In this document: positions 54,218 through 64,000 of the stretch, one piece after another | How positions within the stretch are numbered: position 1 is the stretch's first letter | Layout of the letters: every line of letters begins with the position of its first letter | Source of the DNA: an uncultured Verrucomicrobiae bacterium | Lineage (GTDB): Bacteria; Verrucomicrobiota; Verrucomicrobiia; Limisphaerales; Palsa-1400 | DNA: 64,000 nt | Direction: 5' to 3' | Assembly (NCBI GenBank): GCA_963764165.1 | Contig: CAVXRD010000002.1 | Span: 480,001 to 544,000 of the forward strand | Notes under the pieces: generated by a model | Database searches by the model: none | Seen by the model: only the letters and a program-made list of their open reading frames with translations | Told to the model about the DNA's origin: nothing | Made by a program: the position numbers and the translations under genes

Positions 54218-55084
54218 TTACCGAAAGTTCCCGCGAAGCACCGACTCGTCATCGATGCGCCGATAAAACCTTGGATCAAAGTCTGACTCAAAAACTGCCT
54301 TTCTCATTCTCTTGATTGACTTCTTTAGCGGCTTGGGAATGCAGGATTTCCACGACCGCCCCGCGGCGGCATTCTTCGCGCTCTGGTCCCACATGGAGAC
54401 ATAGTCACTCTGTTGCGGCGGAACCTTGAAGATCTCGACCTCGGCAATCCGTTTGGCAATCACGCTGATATAGGTCGGCTTGCTGTTGACGAGTTCGACG
54501 CGCTGGCGCATTTTTTCCGGGTCGCTCACAATGTACCAGGGCCCCGGTGGAACCACCTCGCGAAGAAGAACCGCCACCAGTTCGAAGCCGTTGGCAGCCG
54601 AGAAGATGCGGAAGATCAGCTCTGGACTGAACTGCCAGAAGCCGTGCCCGGTGCAATTGTTGGCGCAATTCACCTGGGTGAAGAAGCCGCCCACCTTGAC
54701 AAGTTCCATGCAATTCTTGAATGCCTGCGGGACATTGAAGACGTGCTCGATGCTGCCGCCGTCATGCACCAGGGAGAATTTGCCCCGCCACTGCTCGGGC
54801 AGCGGGACGTTCATATCAAAGAGGACGGTTGCTTGCTCGTAAGGCGATACATCAATGGAATCGACACTCTTGGCGCCAAGTTGTTTGAAAAATTCATCAG
54901 AATACTGGTTGTTTTTGATAAAGGCCCCGGCATCCAAGTGGATGCCGTGGGTAGCAAAAACGCGGCGCAAGGCAGATTCTCCCGGACAAAAAGACTGGCG
55001 GCCGATTGTGGCCGTTTGGGAGAAATCCACGCCGAGCGACTTGGCTGCGCACAGCAGCATGGCTGAAGTCTCGTCTAATCCCAT
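54218..55084 (-). CDS. SAM-dependent methyltransferase-like protein
   Basis: IDVSPYEQA, DGGSIEHVFN, GHGFWQFSP. Confidence 0.7.
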   Translation of the reverse strand: MGLDETSAMLLCAAKSLGVDFSQTATIGRQSFCPGESALRRVFATHGIHLDAGAFIKNNQYSDEFFKQLGAKSVDSIDVSPYEQATVLFDMNVPLPEQWRGKFSLVHDGGSIEHVFNVPQAFKNCMELVKVGGFFTQVNCANNCTGHGFWQFSPELIFRIFSAANGFELVAVLLREVVPPGPWYIVSDPEKMRQRVELVNSKPTYISVIAKRIAEVEIFKVPPQQSDYVSMWDQSAKNAAAGRSWKSCIPKPLKKSIKRMRKAVFESDFDPRFYRRIDDESVLRGNFR

Positions 55085-55260
55085 AACGCAGAAATGATTG
55101 GGTCGATGTTCACGAACCTCAAGCATGGTCTGAGCAATTCCGGGTGCTTACAAGTTTATTTGCTGCTCTGGCGCTTCGATGGGCGCGCCAGGCAATGCTC
55201 CTCTATGCGTTTGGTTTCCTTGTGCCTTGCAAGTTGCGGCCCCGCCGTTAAGATTCAGCG

Positions 55261-56013
55261 GTGAATTCGGAGAGTTTTTACGATCAATATTGGGCCAACG
55301 GCCTCCACGTAATGGGACCCAAGTGGGACGAACGGGAATTTAAGCGCGTGATGGGCCCGCTTATTGGCCGCGAACACGTGCTGGATTATGGGTGTGGCGT
55401 CGGCCATTACTACCAGCATTTGCTGGCCCCGGCAGTCAAATCCTACGCCGGGGCCGACGTGGCGCCGATGGCCTTGGAAACCTTGCGACGCCGCGGTTAT
55501 GAGGCATTTCCAATCGACCCCGACAAAGCCTCTATCGAATGCCCGGACTCGAGCTTCGACGGCGCTGTGTGTGTGGAAGTGCTCGAACACCTCTTTGATC
55601 CGTTGAAAGCCGCCCGCGAACTGTTCCGTGTTTTGAAGCCCGGTGGTGTGCTCGTGGCGACGGTGCCAAATTTCGGATACCATCCGTGGCGGTTAATGGC
55701 GTTATTGCGAGCCCAAGTGCCTTCGGAGCCGGAGGACGCGAAGAAGAATCGGTTTAACGGCGTCCATATTCGCTATTTCAGCAAGCTGATGTTTCATCGC
55801 CTGCTGGTGGGCGCGGGCTTCACCCAGGTCACGATTGGCAGTTTTGACCAGTCCAGCATCTGGGATGTGACCCGCGGGATGGGGCCGATGGCATATGTGA
55901 GCGACTGGGCCAGAAAGACCCTTCCGAGGCCGTTTCACATGGGGTTTTTGCAAGACGTCTGGCCAAATGTCTGCGCCGCGCGGCTCAAGGCAGTTGCGTA
56001 TCGCGCTTCATGA
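55261..56013 (+). CDS. Class I SAM-dependent methyltransferase
   Basis: VLDYGCGVG, EVLEHL, RVLKPGG, TVPN. Confidence 0.9.
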   Translation: MNSESFYDQYWANGLHVMGPKWDEREFKRVMGPLIGREHVLDYGCGVGHYYQHLLAPAVKSYAGADVAPMALETLRRRGYEAFPIDPDKASIECPDSSFDGAVCVEVLEHLFDPLKAARELFRVLKPGGVLVATVPNFGYHPWRLMALLRAQVPSEPEDAKKNRFNGVHIRYFSKLMFHRLLVGAGFTQVTIGSFDQSSIWDVTRGMGPMAYVSDWARKTLPRPFHMGFLQDVWPNVCAARLKAVAYRAS

Positions 56014-56134
56014 AAACCCTGCTGTCGGGACACCTAATATTTGCATGACGACGCGTTGATGGCGTTGGCTAAGGCGGAAACCTTGTCCAATGCAAAATCT
56101 TCCTTCCTGCAAGCGGGAGACGCGTTGCTTTGAC

Positions 56135-56734
56135 ATGGGATCGGCATTCTCGCCGGTAAAATTAGCGGTGCTTTTCGTCTGGATGACTGCGCTGGCGGCT
56201 TTCGGAGATCCCGTTGGGACGATGTTCACCTATCAGGGGTGTTTGGCGAGCGGCAATTGTCCTGTTAATGGCAGCTTTGACCTGCGATTTGAAATTTATG
56301 ACGCACCCACCGATGGCACCGGCCTAGGAGTCGTGCTCACCAACGCCGTGCCGATCAGCAACGGGGTTTTCGCCGTGTCGCTCGATTTCGGAACGGGCGT
56401 TTTCGCAGGGCAGGCGCTCTGGCTGCAAATCTCCGCGAAGACCAATCTCGCCTCCGACTTCGCCGCCTTGGCGCCGCGGCTGCCGCTGACTGCCGTGCCT
56501 TATTCCGTGGATTCGGCCACTGTTGACTCAGTGCCAGCCAGCCGAATAAGCGGCCTCCTGCCAAATAGCCTGCTTCCGACCAATGTGGCTTTGGTTGGAC
56601 AAAGCCAGGTTTTTACGGGCTCAAATTATTTCCAAGGGCCAGCCATCCTCACCAACCCTGCCAACATGTTCACGGGCCAGTTTTTTTGGGATGGCACCGG
56701 GACCCGACGTTTTACGTCACCAACGGTGTCATAG
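56135..56734 (+). CDS. Secreted hypothetical protein (FTYQG..NG.FD..F domain), C-terminus possibly frameshifted
   Basis: Signal peptide, FTYQG, LDFG, LAPRLPLTAVPYS. Confidence 0.65.
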   Translation: MGSAFSPVKLAVLFVWMTALAAFGDPVGTMFTYQGCLASGNCPVNGSFDLRFEIYDAPTDGTGLGVVLTNAVPISNGVFAVSLDFGTGVFAGQALWLQISAKTNLASDFAALAPRLPLTAVPYSVDSATVDSVPASRISGLLPNSLLPTNVALVGQSQVFTGSNYFQGPAILTNPANMFTGQFFWDGTGTRRFTSPTVS

Positions 56735-57054
56735 TGAAGGTGCGCTAACCCGAATCATCCGGATCCACAGTTGATTTGCGATGGGCCGTCGCGTTCCATC
56801 CCACAGATGGAACGAAAAATCATCTTGCCTCCCCCCAAAATGAATTGCCCCCACCTTGGATTCGCGGTAAAATCGTGTTTTGATTGCAACGATGAGTAAA
56901 CGAAATGCGAGTGTCTGGGCCGCCGCCGTGAAGCAAAAGTCACGAGACCTGTCTCACTCCCTGCCAGTTAAACGAGCCTCGTGGATATCCGGCGCGAAGT
57001 GATCGAAAAAGCGGCGGGATCGCGCCGCGGAGACGCGATACGGCTTTAATCTTT

Positions 57055-58221
57055 ATGCCAACCGCCGAACACCGCGGGCCAAAAACACACTGGCTGGATT
57101 CCTGGCATGTCGATCCCAGCCTGAATCGGAATTATGATTTTATCGACGGCCTTCGCGGGATCGCGATCTTGATGGTGCTCGTCTGCCATCACCTCTACTT
57201 CAATCCAGCGGGGAGCAAAGCCGAGCATTTTGTCGGCGGCATGGTCGAGGGATGCGGACGCGGAGTTTCTCTCTTTTTTGCGCTTTCGGGCTTTCTGATT
57301 TCCTGGCCGTTCTGGAAGCGCAAATTCGCCGCCTCCCCGGAGGCGGTCCCGAAGCGTTACGGCTGGAGGCGCTTTTGGAAAATCTATCCTCCGCTGGCGC
57401 TTTCCATTCTTGTGTTCGTCCCCATCTTTGCCCTGGCCTCGGGAGATGGGTCGTATTGGTGGATCGGCGCAAAATGGCTGGCAGGACTGCCGTTGCTGGT
57501 GCCTGTCAGCGGCAGCGTCAACCCCGTGATGTGGACGCTGGTGGTCGAAGCGCAATTCTATGCGGTGCTCCCGCTATTGTTTGTGGCCCTGAAAAAACTC
57601 CCACCCAAAATCTGCCTCTGGCTCATTCCGCTGCTGTTTTTCGCCGTCCCCGCTGGCTTCCGTCTTCTGACGGGGCTTTCGGCCACTTTCCGTCCGGAAA
57701 TCAACTCGCATTTTCCTTCGATGTTGGATTGTTTTTGTTTGGGAGTGCTGATGGGTGGTTTGGAGAATGCGGGGCTGCTGAGGAAATCCTGGGCGCACAT
57801 TGGCGTCGTCGGGCTGGTCCTCTGGCCGGTCGTTTTGCTTGCCTTTGGCTGGATAGAGACGCATCCGCAAAACCCCCGCGCCGCGCTGGAGGCCGCCGCG
57901 GACTGGATTTCAAAAATCGCGTCGGGCTGCCTGCTCTGCTACGTAGCCGACCCGCGGCATTCGATTGCCAGGATGTTGTGCGCTCCATGGCTGCGCTGGT
58001 GCGGCATCGTGAGCTATGAATGGTATCTGTTCCATCAACCCATTAATGGTTGGGCAAGGCATTACTTTGGGCCGGCTGGAGGCTCGGTTTTCAAATACGC
58101 CGCGATCGCAGGAGGGTCTCTCCTTTTCACCACGATTCTCATCGCCGTGATTTACCGCTGGTTCTCCCTGCCACTCCTTAGGTACGGACGAGGCGGGGCC
58201 GGATCGAAAGTTCTTGCTTAG
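57055..58221 (+). CDS. Acyltransferase family 3 (OafA-like)
   Basis: DGLRGIAIL, FFALSGFLI, WTLVVEAQFY, SYEWYLFH. Confidence 0.9.
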   Translation: MPTAEHRGPKTHWLDSWHVDPSLNRNYDFIDGLRGIAILMVLVCHHLYFNPAGSKAEHFVGGMVEGCGRGVSLFFALSGFLISWPFWKRKFAASPEAVPKRYGWRRFWKIYPPLALSILVFVPIFALASGDGSYWWIGAKWLAGLPLLVPVSGSVNPVMWTLVVEAQFYAVLPLLFVALKKLPPKICLWLIPLLFFAVPAGFRLLTGLSATFRPEINSHFPSMLDCFCLGVLMGGLENAGLLRKSWAHIGVVGLVLWPVVLLAFGWIETHPQNPRAALEAAADWISKIASGCLLCYVADPRHSIARMLCAPWLRWCGIVSYEWYLFHQPINGWARHYFGPAGGSVFKYAAIAGGSLLFTTILIAVIYRWFSLPLLRYGRGGAGSKVLA

Positions 58222-58254
58222 CGGGTGAGCGCCGAGGCAGCATAACTAGCACGA

Positions 58255-59781
58255 ATGTATAGATTCCAGCGCCTCCTGACGTTATATGCCGTAGCGATCC
58301 CATTGGCCCTGATGCTGGGCTGGCTGGCGGCGACGCCTGATTCGGCAAGCATTGCGATGGTGGGACTGGTATTTTTCGTCCTGGCCCTGCCGCTGCTGAC
58401 GCAGCATAGCCATGGTTTTTTGATTATTCTTTGGAATTCGGCATTCATGGCGGGTTTTTTGCCTGGCGCGCTGCCGTTTTGGATGATATTCGGTTTTCTG
58501 ACTTTTGGAATTGGGCTGGTTTATTCAACTTTGTCGCGTCGGCCTTTCCTCCGTGCGCCGGAAATGACGAAGCCTCTCATCGCTTTTGCGATCTTGATTT
58601 TATTGACGGCGAGGCTTCGAGGAGGGTTGGGGTTGCACAGCTTTGGCAGCAGTTCTTTCGGCGGAAAAAACTATTTTTACATAGTTAGCGCGATCATTGG
58701 GTACTTTGGGCTCGTTTCGCAGCCCGTGCCGATGGCGCAGAGAATCCCGTGCGTGCGCTGGTTCTTTGCTTCCGGTATTACATTCGCACTGGCCAATCTT
58801 GGGTATATCCTGGGTACGAGTTTTTATTTTATTTATCTCTTTGTCAGCGCTGGCTCGGCAACCAGCCAGGCGGCTGCGGATTATTCGGACACCGCCATAA
58901 GGCGGTTTAGCGGATTCGGCCCTGCCGCCATTGGATTGATGGCGCTGGTCATTTCAAAATGGGGGATAACTGGAATCCTTCAGTGGTTAAAGCCGTGGCG
59001 GCTTTTGCTATTTTCCCTTGCGTGGGCAGCAGCCCTTCTGAGCGGTTTTCGCGCGGAGCTGCTTTTCCTTACGATCTTTTTTGTCATACAGTTTCTTGTG
59101 GAAGGACTCTGGAAAACGGCTTGGCTGCCTATTTTCTGTTTGCTGGGCGTCTTGTGCGCTGCTCCGGTGCTTCTCTACCTCGACCATATGCCGCGGGCCA
59201 TTCAGCGCACCTTGGCGTTCTTGCCGGTTACGATTGATCCGAGCGTCCGCGAAGAGGCCGAAGCATCGTCCCAGTGGCGGTTCGACATGTGGGCTGAAGC
59301 CTTAAAGGAAGTCCCCAGATATCTCCTGCTGGGAAAGGGGTATGCCATCGACCCGACTGAACTCTATTTGACGGAAGAGGCGGCTCGAAGAGGCGCCTTG
59401 CCCGGATATGAAGTCTCCCGGCTGTCGGGCGACTATCATAGTGGACCGCTATCCGTATTGATCCCATTCGGCGTTGCCGGCTCCGCCATCTTCCTTTGGC
59501 TGCTTTGGGCAGGCCTTAAGGTTGTGTATTCCAATTTTCGGTATGGCGAATCCAATCTCAAGCTGATCAATGGCGTGCTGTTCTCGTATTTCCTGGCTCA
59601 AGTGATTGCCTTTTTCTTTATTTTTGGGGCCTTGAGTTCCCAGCTTTCGGTTTTCCTGGGAGTGGTGGGACTAAGCGTGAGCGTGAACCGAGGGGTATGC
59701 AGACGGGCTGTTTCCGTTGCCCCAATGCCATCTACTTCGTCTTCGCCTCTGACATCACCGTCGCCTGTGGCAACCACATGA
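58255..59781 (+). CDS. O-antigen polymerase/ligase-like membrane protein
   Basis: Multi-TM, SGFR, WR..MW, GKGY, DYHSGPLSV. Confidence 0.75.
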   Translation: MYRFQRLLTLYAVAIPLALMLGWLAATPDSASIAMVGLVFFVLALPLLTQHSHGFLIILWNSAFMAGFLPGALPFWMIFGFLTFGIGLVYSTLSRRPFLRAPEMTKPLIAFAILILLTARLRGGLGLHSFGSSSFGGKNYFYIVSAIIGYFGLVSQPVPMAQRIPCVRWFFASGITFALANLGYILGTSFYFIYLFVSAGSATSQAAADYSDTAIRRFSGFGPAAIGLMALVISKWGITGILQWLKPWRLLLFSLAWAAALLSGFRAELLFLTIFFVIQFLVEGLWKTAWLPIFCLLGVLCAAPVLLYLDHMPRAIQRTLAFLPVTIDPSVREEAEASSQWRFDMWAEALKEVPRYLLLGKGYAIDPTELYLTEEAARRGALPGYEVSRLSGDYHSGPLSVLIPFGVAGSAIFLWLLWAGLKVVYSNFRYGESNLKLINGVLFSYFLAQVIAFFFIFGALSSQLSVFLGVVGLSVSVNRGVCRRAVSVAPMPSTSSSPLTSPSPVATT

Positions 59782-59984
59782 TCACCCTTGCTATGCAGAG
59801 AGGTTTGTATTCCAAGCACCGGCCGGAATATCCGCGCAAGTTTATGGGCGACGGAGCTTCGGGCACTCGGTCAGCGAACAACCAGCTTGCAATGGGATTC
59901 CCGAACAGGATTTTCGACGCCCGCGGATTAACGAATGCTTCCGCCTATTCTTTGGCGCCGCTCTAACATCTTGCGATAAATTGA

Positions 59985-61487
59985 ATGAACCGATTTTCGC
60001 AACGCATACTCGCATATTTCATCGGCATCCCTCTGGCCGTTGGGTTGGGTTATCTCGTGGCAACCCCGGATATGACGAATATCGCCACCGTTGGATTCGT
60101 GGTGTTCTGCTTATCGCTTCCACTCATCATCCAGTGGCACCATAAACTTGTTATCATTTTTTGGAATTCAGCGTTCGTGCTGGGTTTTTTGCCCGGGCAG
60201 CCCAGGTCATGGCTCGTTTTGGCGCTGCTTGGATTCGGCATCGCGTGGGTCAACCGGGTCTTGGGTCTCAAATCGTTCCTGTCCGTGCCGGAAGTCAACC
60301 GCCCCCTGGCGCTTATTTCATTGACAGTGGCTGCCACTGCCGTAATCCGGGGCGGACTCGGGCTGCGTGTATTTGGCAGCGCGGAATATGGATCCAAAAG
60401 CTACATTTACGTGCTGGCCTCCGTTCTCGGGTATTTTGCGCTCACTTCTGAAAGAATTTCGCTGCAAGACAGCCAGCGGGCTGCCAATTGGTTTTTTCTT
60501 TCCAGCGTTTCTTACGCCCTCGGAAATCTTGTTTATGCGCTGGGCCCTGCGTTTTACTTCCTCTTTGCCGTGATTCCGCCGGACTTTATCGGATCCCAGG
60601 TCGCCTCGGGATGGGATCCGAACATAGTCAATCGGTTGGGCGGATTGGGGCCGGCGGGCGCGGGTTTGCTTTGTTTTGCCATGGCGCGCTGGGGACTTCG
60701 AGGCTCGCTCCAATGGGAAAAGCCATGGCGCTACGGCTGTCTGCTGCTGGCATTGGCATGCGGCCTGTTTTGCGGTTTTCGTGCGGAGTTGATCTTAATC
60801 ATGAGCTTGCTGGTGGTGCAGTTTTTTGTCGAAGGGCTGTGGAAAACAGCGTTATTGCCTGTGGTGCTCTTGGCTATCGCGTGCGCGCTTCCACTCTTGC
60901 TTGTCTCTGAAAAGCTGCCGCGCGCCGTCCAGCGGAGCCTGGCGTTCCTGCCCATTTCGATCAGTTCAGACGTGAAGGAAGAGACGGTCTCTTCCACCGA
61001 GTGGCGGCTGCAGATGTGGGGTGATATTCTGAGTCAAATTCCCAAATACCTGATTGTAGGAAAAGGATACGTCATCGACCCGGGAGAGCTTTACCTGACC
61101 ACCGAGGCCGTGCGGTCGGGACTTCTTCCGAGTTACGCAGCCTTCGAAGTAGGCGGTGACTTTCACAGCGGTCCGCTGTCGGTGCTGATCCCCTTTGGTA
61201 TCTTTGGCTGCATCGGCTTCGTCTGGCTGATATTCGCGGGGATCAAAGTGCTCTATCTCAATTACCGCTATGGCGATGCGCGCCTGAAGAAAATAAATTC
61301 ACTCCTTCTTACTTATTACATGACGCAAGCATTGTGTTTTATTTTTGTCTTTGGCGCCATGAGCGGTCAATTATATATATTTACTGGATTGCTGGGGTTC
61401 AGCGTGAGCCTCAATCATGGTGTTTGCAGGAAGGCAGCGCCTCGGGCCGTCCTGGCTCCGTCCGCCGCCCTCCTGGAGCCTGCTTGA
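59985..61487 (+). CDS. O-antigen polymerase/ligase-like membrane protein (tandem paralog)
   Basis: Same motifs as 58255-59781 (CGFR, WRLQMW, DFHSGPLSV). Confidence 0.75.
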   Translation: MNRFSQRILAYFIGIPLAVGLGYLVATPDMTNIATVGFVVFCLSLPLIIQWHHKLVIIFWNSAFVLGFLPGQPRSWLVLALLGFGIAWVNRVLGLKSFLSVPEVNRPLALISLTVAATAVIRGGLGLRVFGSAEYGSKSYIYVLASVLGYFALTSERISLQDSQRAANWFFLSSVSYALGNLVYALGPAFYFLFAVIPPDFIGSQVASGWDPNIVNRLGGLGPAGAGLLCFAMARWGLRGSLQWEKPWRYGCLLLALACGLFCGFRAELILIMSLLVVQFFVEGLWKTALLPVVLLAIACALPLLLVSEKLPRAVQRSLAFLPISISSDVKEETVSSTEWRLQMWGDILSQIPKYLIVGKGYVIDPGELYLTTEAVRSGLLPSYAAFEVGGDFHSGPLSVLIPFGIFGCIGFVWLIFAGIKVLYLNYRYGDARLKKINSLLLTYYMTQALCFIFVFGAMSGQLYIFTGLLGFSVSLNHGVCRKAAPRAVLAPSAALLEPA

Positions 61488-61492
61488 TTTGC

Positions 61493-62350
61493 ATGCGTTT
61501 TTCCGTTGTCACCCCCAGCTTTAAGCAGTCCCAGTGGCTGAAGCTTTGCGTCGCGTCCGTCGCCGATCAAGGCGTTGAGCACGAGCACATTGTCCAGGAC
61601 GCCGGCTCAACGGACGGCACGCTCGACTGGCTTTTGAGCGACCGGCGCGTGAAGGCGTTTTCGGAAAAGGACGCGGGCATGTATGATGCCGTCAATCGGG
61701 GCCTCAAACGCGCCTCCGGCGAGATTCTCTCCTACCTCAATTGCGACGAACAATATCTGCCGGGGGCGCTGGCGGCGGTTGGCGATTACTTTGACCAACA
61801 CCCGTCAGTGGGCTTGCTTTTCGGCAATTGCCTGATCGTCGATCCAAAGGGAGAGCTGGTGTGCTATCGAAAGGTGCAAACGCCCTCCAAATATCACGTC
61901 ATGATTTCTCATTTGCCGACCTTCACCGCCGCCATGTTTTTCCGCCGGTCGCTCATTGACGAGCACAATCTTTTCTTCGACATCAAATGGCGTGATTGCG
62001 GTGATGCCGAATGGGTGTTGCGCGCGATGAACAAAGGAGTTCGCGTCGGAACGCTTGATAAATTTATTTCAACCTTCGCCGACACGGGCGAGAACATGAA
62101 CCTCGGCGCCAACGCCCAACGAGAGCGAAAGGCGATTTCAGACTCCGCGCCAGCCTGGGCTCGCAAACTCTCCCCGCTGCTTATTATGCGGCATCGTCTC
62201 CGGAGGCTGGCGGCGGGCGCCTACCGGCAGAAACCCTTTGACTACGCCATTTACACGATGGACAGCACCCATTCCCGCAAGAAAATCCACGCGGCAAATC
62301 CAAGTTTCAAATGGACGAGCCGGATGGAGTCGGTTTTCAAGCGCCTGTGA
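61493..62350 (+). CDS. GT2 glycosyltransferase
   Basis: SVVTPSF, DAGSTDG, GMYDAVNRG, YLNCDE. Confidence 0.9.
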   Translation: MRFSVVTPSFKQSQWLKLCVASVADQGVEHEHIVQDAGSTDGTLDWLLSDRRVKAFSEKDAGMYDAVNRGLKRASGEILSYLNCDEQYLPGALAAVGDYFDQHPSVGLLFGNCLIVDPKGELVCYRKVQTPSKYHVMISHLPTFTAAMFFRRSLIDEHNLFFDIKWRDCGDAEWVLRAMNKGVRVGTLDKFISTFADTGENMNLGANAQRERKAISDSAPAWARKLSPLLIMRHRLRRLAAGAYRQKPFDYAIYTMDSTHSRKKIHAANPSFKWTSRMESVFKRL

Positions 62351-62458
62351 GCGGGCGCCGGAATTGATCGAATCAACCTGATCGAAATTCACTGTTGCTT
62401 TGCCGTTCGCGGCTGTGATATTGCTTAAGGCGATTCTGAGAGACTTGGTAAGTTTTCA

Positions 62459-62543
62459 GCCCGCGTGGCGGAATTGGCAGACGCGCTAGATTCAGGTTCT
62501 AGTGAGTAACATCGTACAGGTTCAAGTCCTGTCGCGGGCACCA
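62459..62543 (+). tRNA. tRNA-Leu(CAG)
   Basis: GCCCGCG acceptor stem, loop TTCAGGT, long variable arm, CCA. Confidence 0.96.
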
Positions 62544-62587
62544 AATAAACCCTGACAACAGAGTTTCTCTCGCGAGAACATACAATC

Positions 62588-64000
62588 ATGGGTTTGAGCA
62601 TAAGACAGGCAACTGCGGCAGATGCTCCCGAGTGGCTGAGTCTCGTCCGGGCAACCCTCGGCGATTCCTACCCCGGGAAGGACCTGTATGATATCAAATG
62701 CATCCGGGCCCTGCTCGACCCGGGCAATGGCGAAGAAACCTGGGTGGCCGAATCATCCGGCAGACTTTCCGGCAGTGTATCTTTCCTCAAGCCCTGGGGG
62801 CCGGATGGCAATCCGGTAGCCAATCTCGGCCGCAATCTTCTGCGTCCCGAGAGCGTGGCCGACAACTCCGCCGCCGCCCTCCTCCATGCGGTCAACGAAA
62901 TCGCCACCAAGCGCGGAGAGATGAGCATCGTGCGCCTCGCCGCCGACGACAACGCCCAGCAAGTCCTGTTTGAGAAAATGGGCTACGTTTGTGTCGGGTT
63001 TCAGCCAAGCAAGCACATGCTTCAGCAGCGCGTCGGCATTCTTTTTTACGTGCGAGGGGCGAACTCCGTCCTGGTGACGCGTCATCCGCTTTCTGAATCG
63101 CTGCCGCAGGTCAGCGAGCTGGCCACCGCCGCCCTGGAAAACCTCCAGATTCCTGTTCATATGACAGTGCGGGATGGGGCCTGCGGCTACCCGCTCACAT
63201 CGGATTTCAAAATTCACGACGCGACGCCGGAAGATTTTGAGCGATGGCATTCCAAGCTGGGGAACATCAATCCTCCCATCGAGGTTTCCGGCCATTTCAA
63301 CTGCGGTTTTGGCATGATGCGGCTGCCCGCTGACCGCAAGCCGCGGGCATTCCTCGGAATCCGGGGCGAGAGAATTTCATCCGGGATGAGCTGTTATTTT
63401 GACGAACAGGACCGCTGCGACAGAATCATCGATGCCTTTTCCTGTGACGATATTTCCATGGGCGCCCTGCTCGCCCACGTCGTCAAAACGATGCAGACGC
63501 AGACCAATGCTGTTTACACGGAGGTTGATATTCTGGCCACCGCGCCGCGTCTGCTGAAAAGCGCTGAACAGCTTGGATTTGTTCCGGTGGCTTACCTGCC
63601 CGCTTTCTATTGCCGCAACGGTCAATATGCGGACGTGGTCAAGATGGTTAAATTGCACGTGAGCTATTCGCTCGAGCCGGGAGGTTTCACAAGCCACGCC
63701 AGATCCATCGTCCAGATCATCGACCGCAATTTTGAAGACCAGAAAATGGGGCTGGCCATCATCAATCTGCTGCGTCCGCTCTCCATGTTCGGGAACCTCG
63801 GGGACGGCGAATTGCGGAAGATGGCGCGGCTGTTCGTGCAAAAACTTTACCGCCCTGGCGAGCAAGTGTTTGCCCGCGGCGAATCGGGAGACGAAGCGTT
63901 TGTCGTGCTCCGTGGAAAAATCAATATTCAAATGGACCTGAACGCCCCTCCCATAGCGCAAATCTCGGATGGCAAGATCATGGGGGAGCTGGCGTTCCTG
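62588..64000 (+). CDS. GNAT-like plus cyclic-nucleotide-binding domain protein (3' partial; absent from ORF track)
   Basis: Own translation MGLSIRQATAAD...LFEKMGY...; ends PGEQVFARGESGDEAFVVLRG...GELAFL in the same frame. Confidence 0.85.
   Translation, partial: MGLSIRQATAADAPEWLSLVRATLGDSYPGKDLYDIKCIRALLDPGNGEETWVAESSGRLSGSVSFLKPWGPDGNPVANLGRNLLRPESVADNSAAALLHAVNEIATKRGEMSIVRLAADDNAQQVLFEKMGYVCVGFQPSKHMLQQRVGILFYVRGANSVLVTRHPLSESLPQVSELATAALENLQIPVHMTVRDGACGYPLTSDFKIHDATPEDFERWHSKLGNINPPIEVSGHFNCGFGMMRLPADRKPRAFLGIRGERISSGMSCYFDEQDRCDRIIDAFSCDDISMGALLAHVVKTMQTQTNAVYTEVDILATAPRLLKSAEQLGFVPVAYLPAFYCRNGQYADVVKMVKLHVSYSLEPGGFTSHARSIVQIIDRNFEDQKMGLAIINLLRPLSMFGNLGDGELRKMARLFVQKLYRPGEQVFARGESGDEAFVVLRGKINIQMDLNAPPIAQISDGKIMGELAFL

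Overview
This is bacterial chromosomal DNA, most likely Verrucomicrobiota (Pedosphaera/Limisphaera-like). That assignment is inferred from the protein styles and was not searched. The left half (1 to about 30.4 kb) looks like a genomic island anchored at the 3' end of tRNA-Thr(CGT). It has a tyrosine recombinase and a MobF relaxase-helicase, with no conjugation machinery in view. Its cargo is a ~24-kb co-oriented energy/stress block: a complete N-ATPase operon (atpDCQRBEFAG, atpQ frameshifted), PPK2, class I aldolase, phosphoketolase, glycogen phosphorylase, RpiB, HAD phosphatases, a Cu+ P-type ATPase sitting where acetate kinase is truncated, and small stress proteins. An IS66 lies at the window edge. 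The right half holds larB/larC, tRNA-Val, a pilin-like gene, an IS1182 inserted into a REP hairpin, a sensor kinase, glcF and a beta-helix exoprotein. It then has a polysaccharide locus interrupted by a helicase remnant plus a DUF3800-like gene with a structured 3' RNA candidate, tRNA-Leu, and a GNAT-cNMP gene running off the end. No CRISPR array or rRNA was seen. All product calls come from reading motifs by eye.
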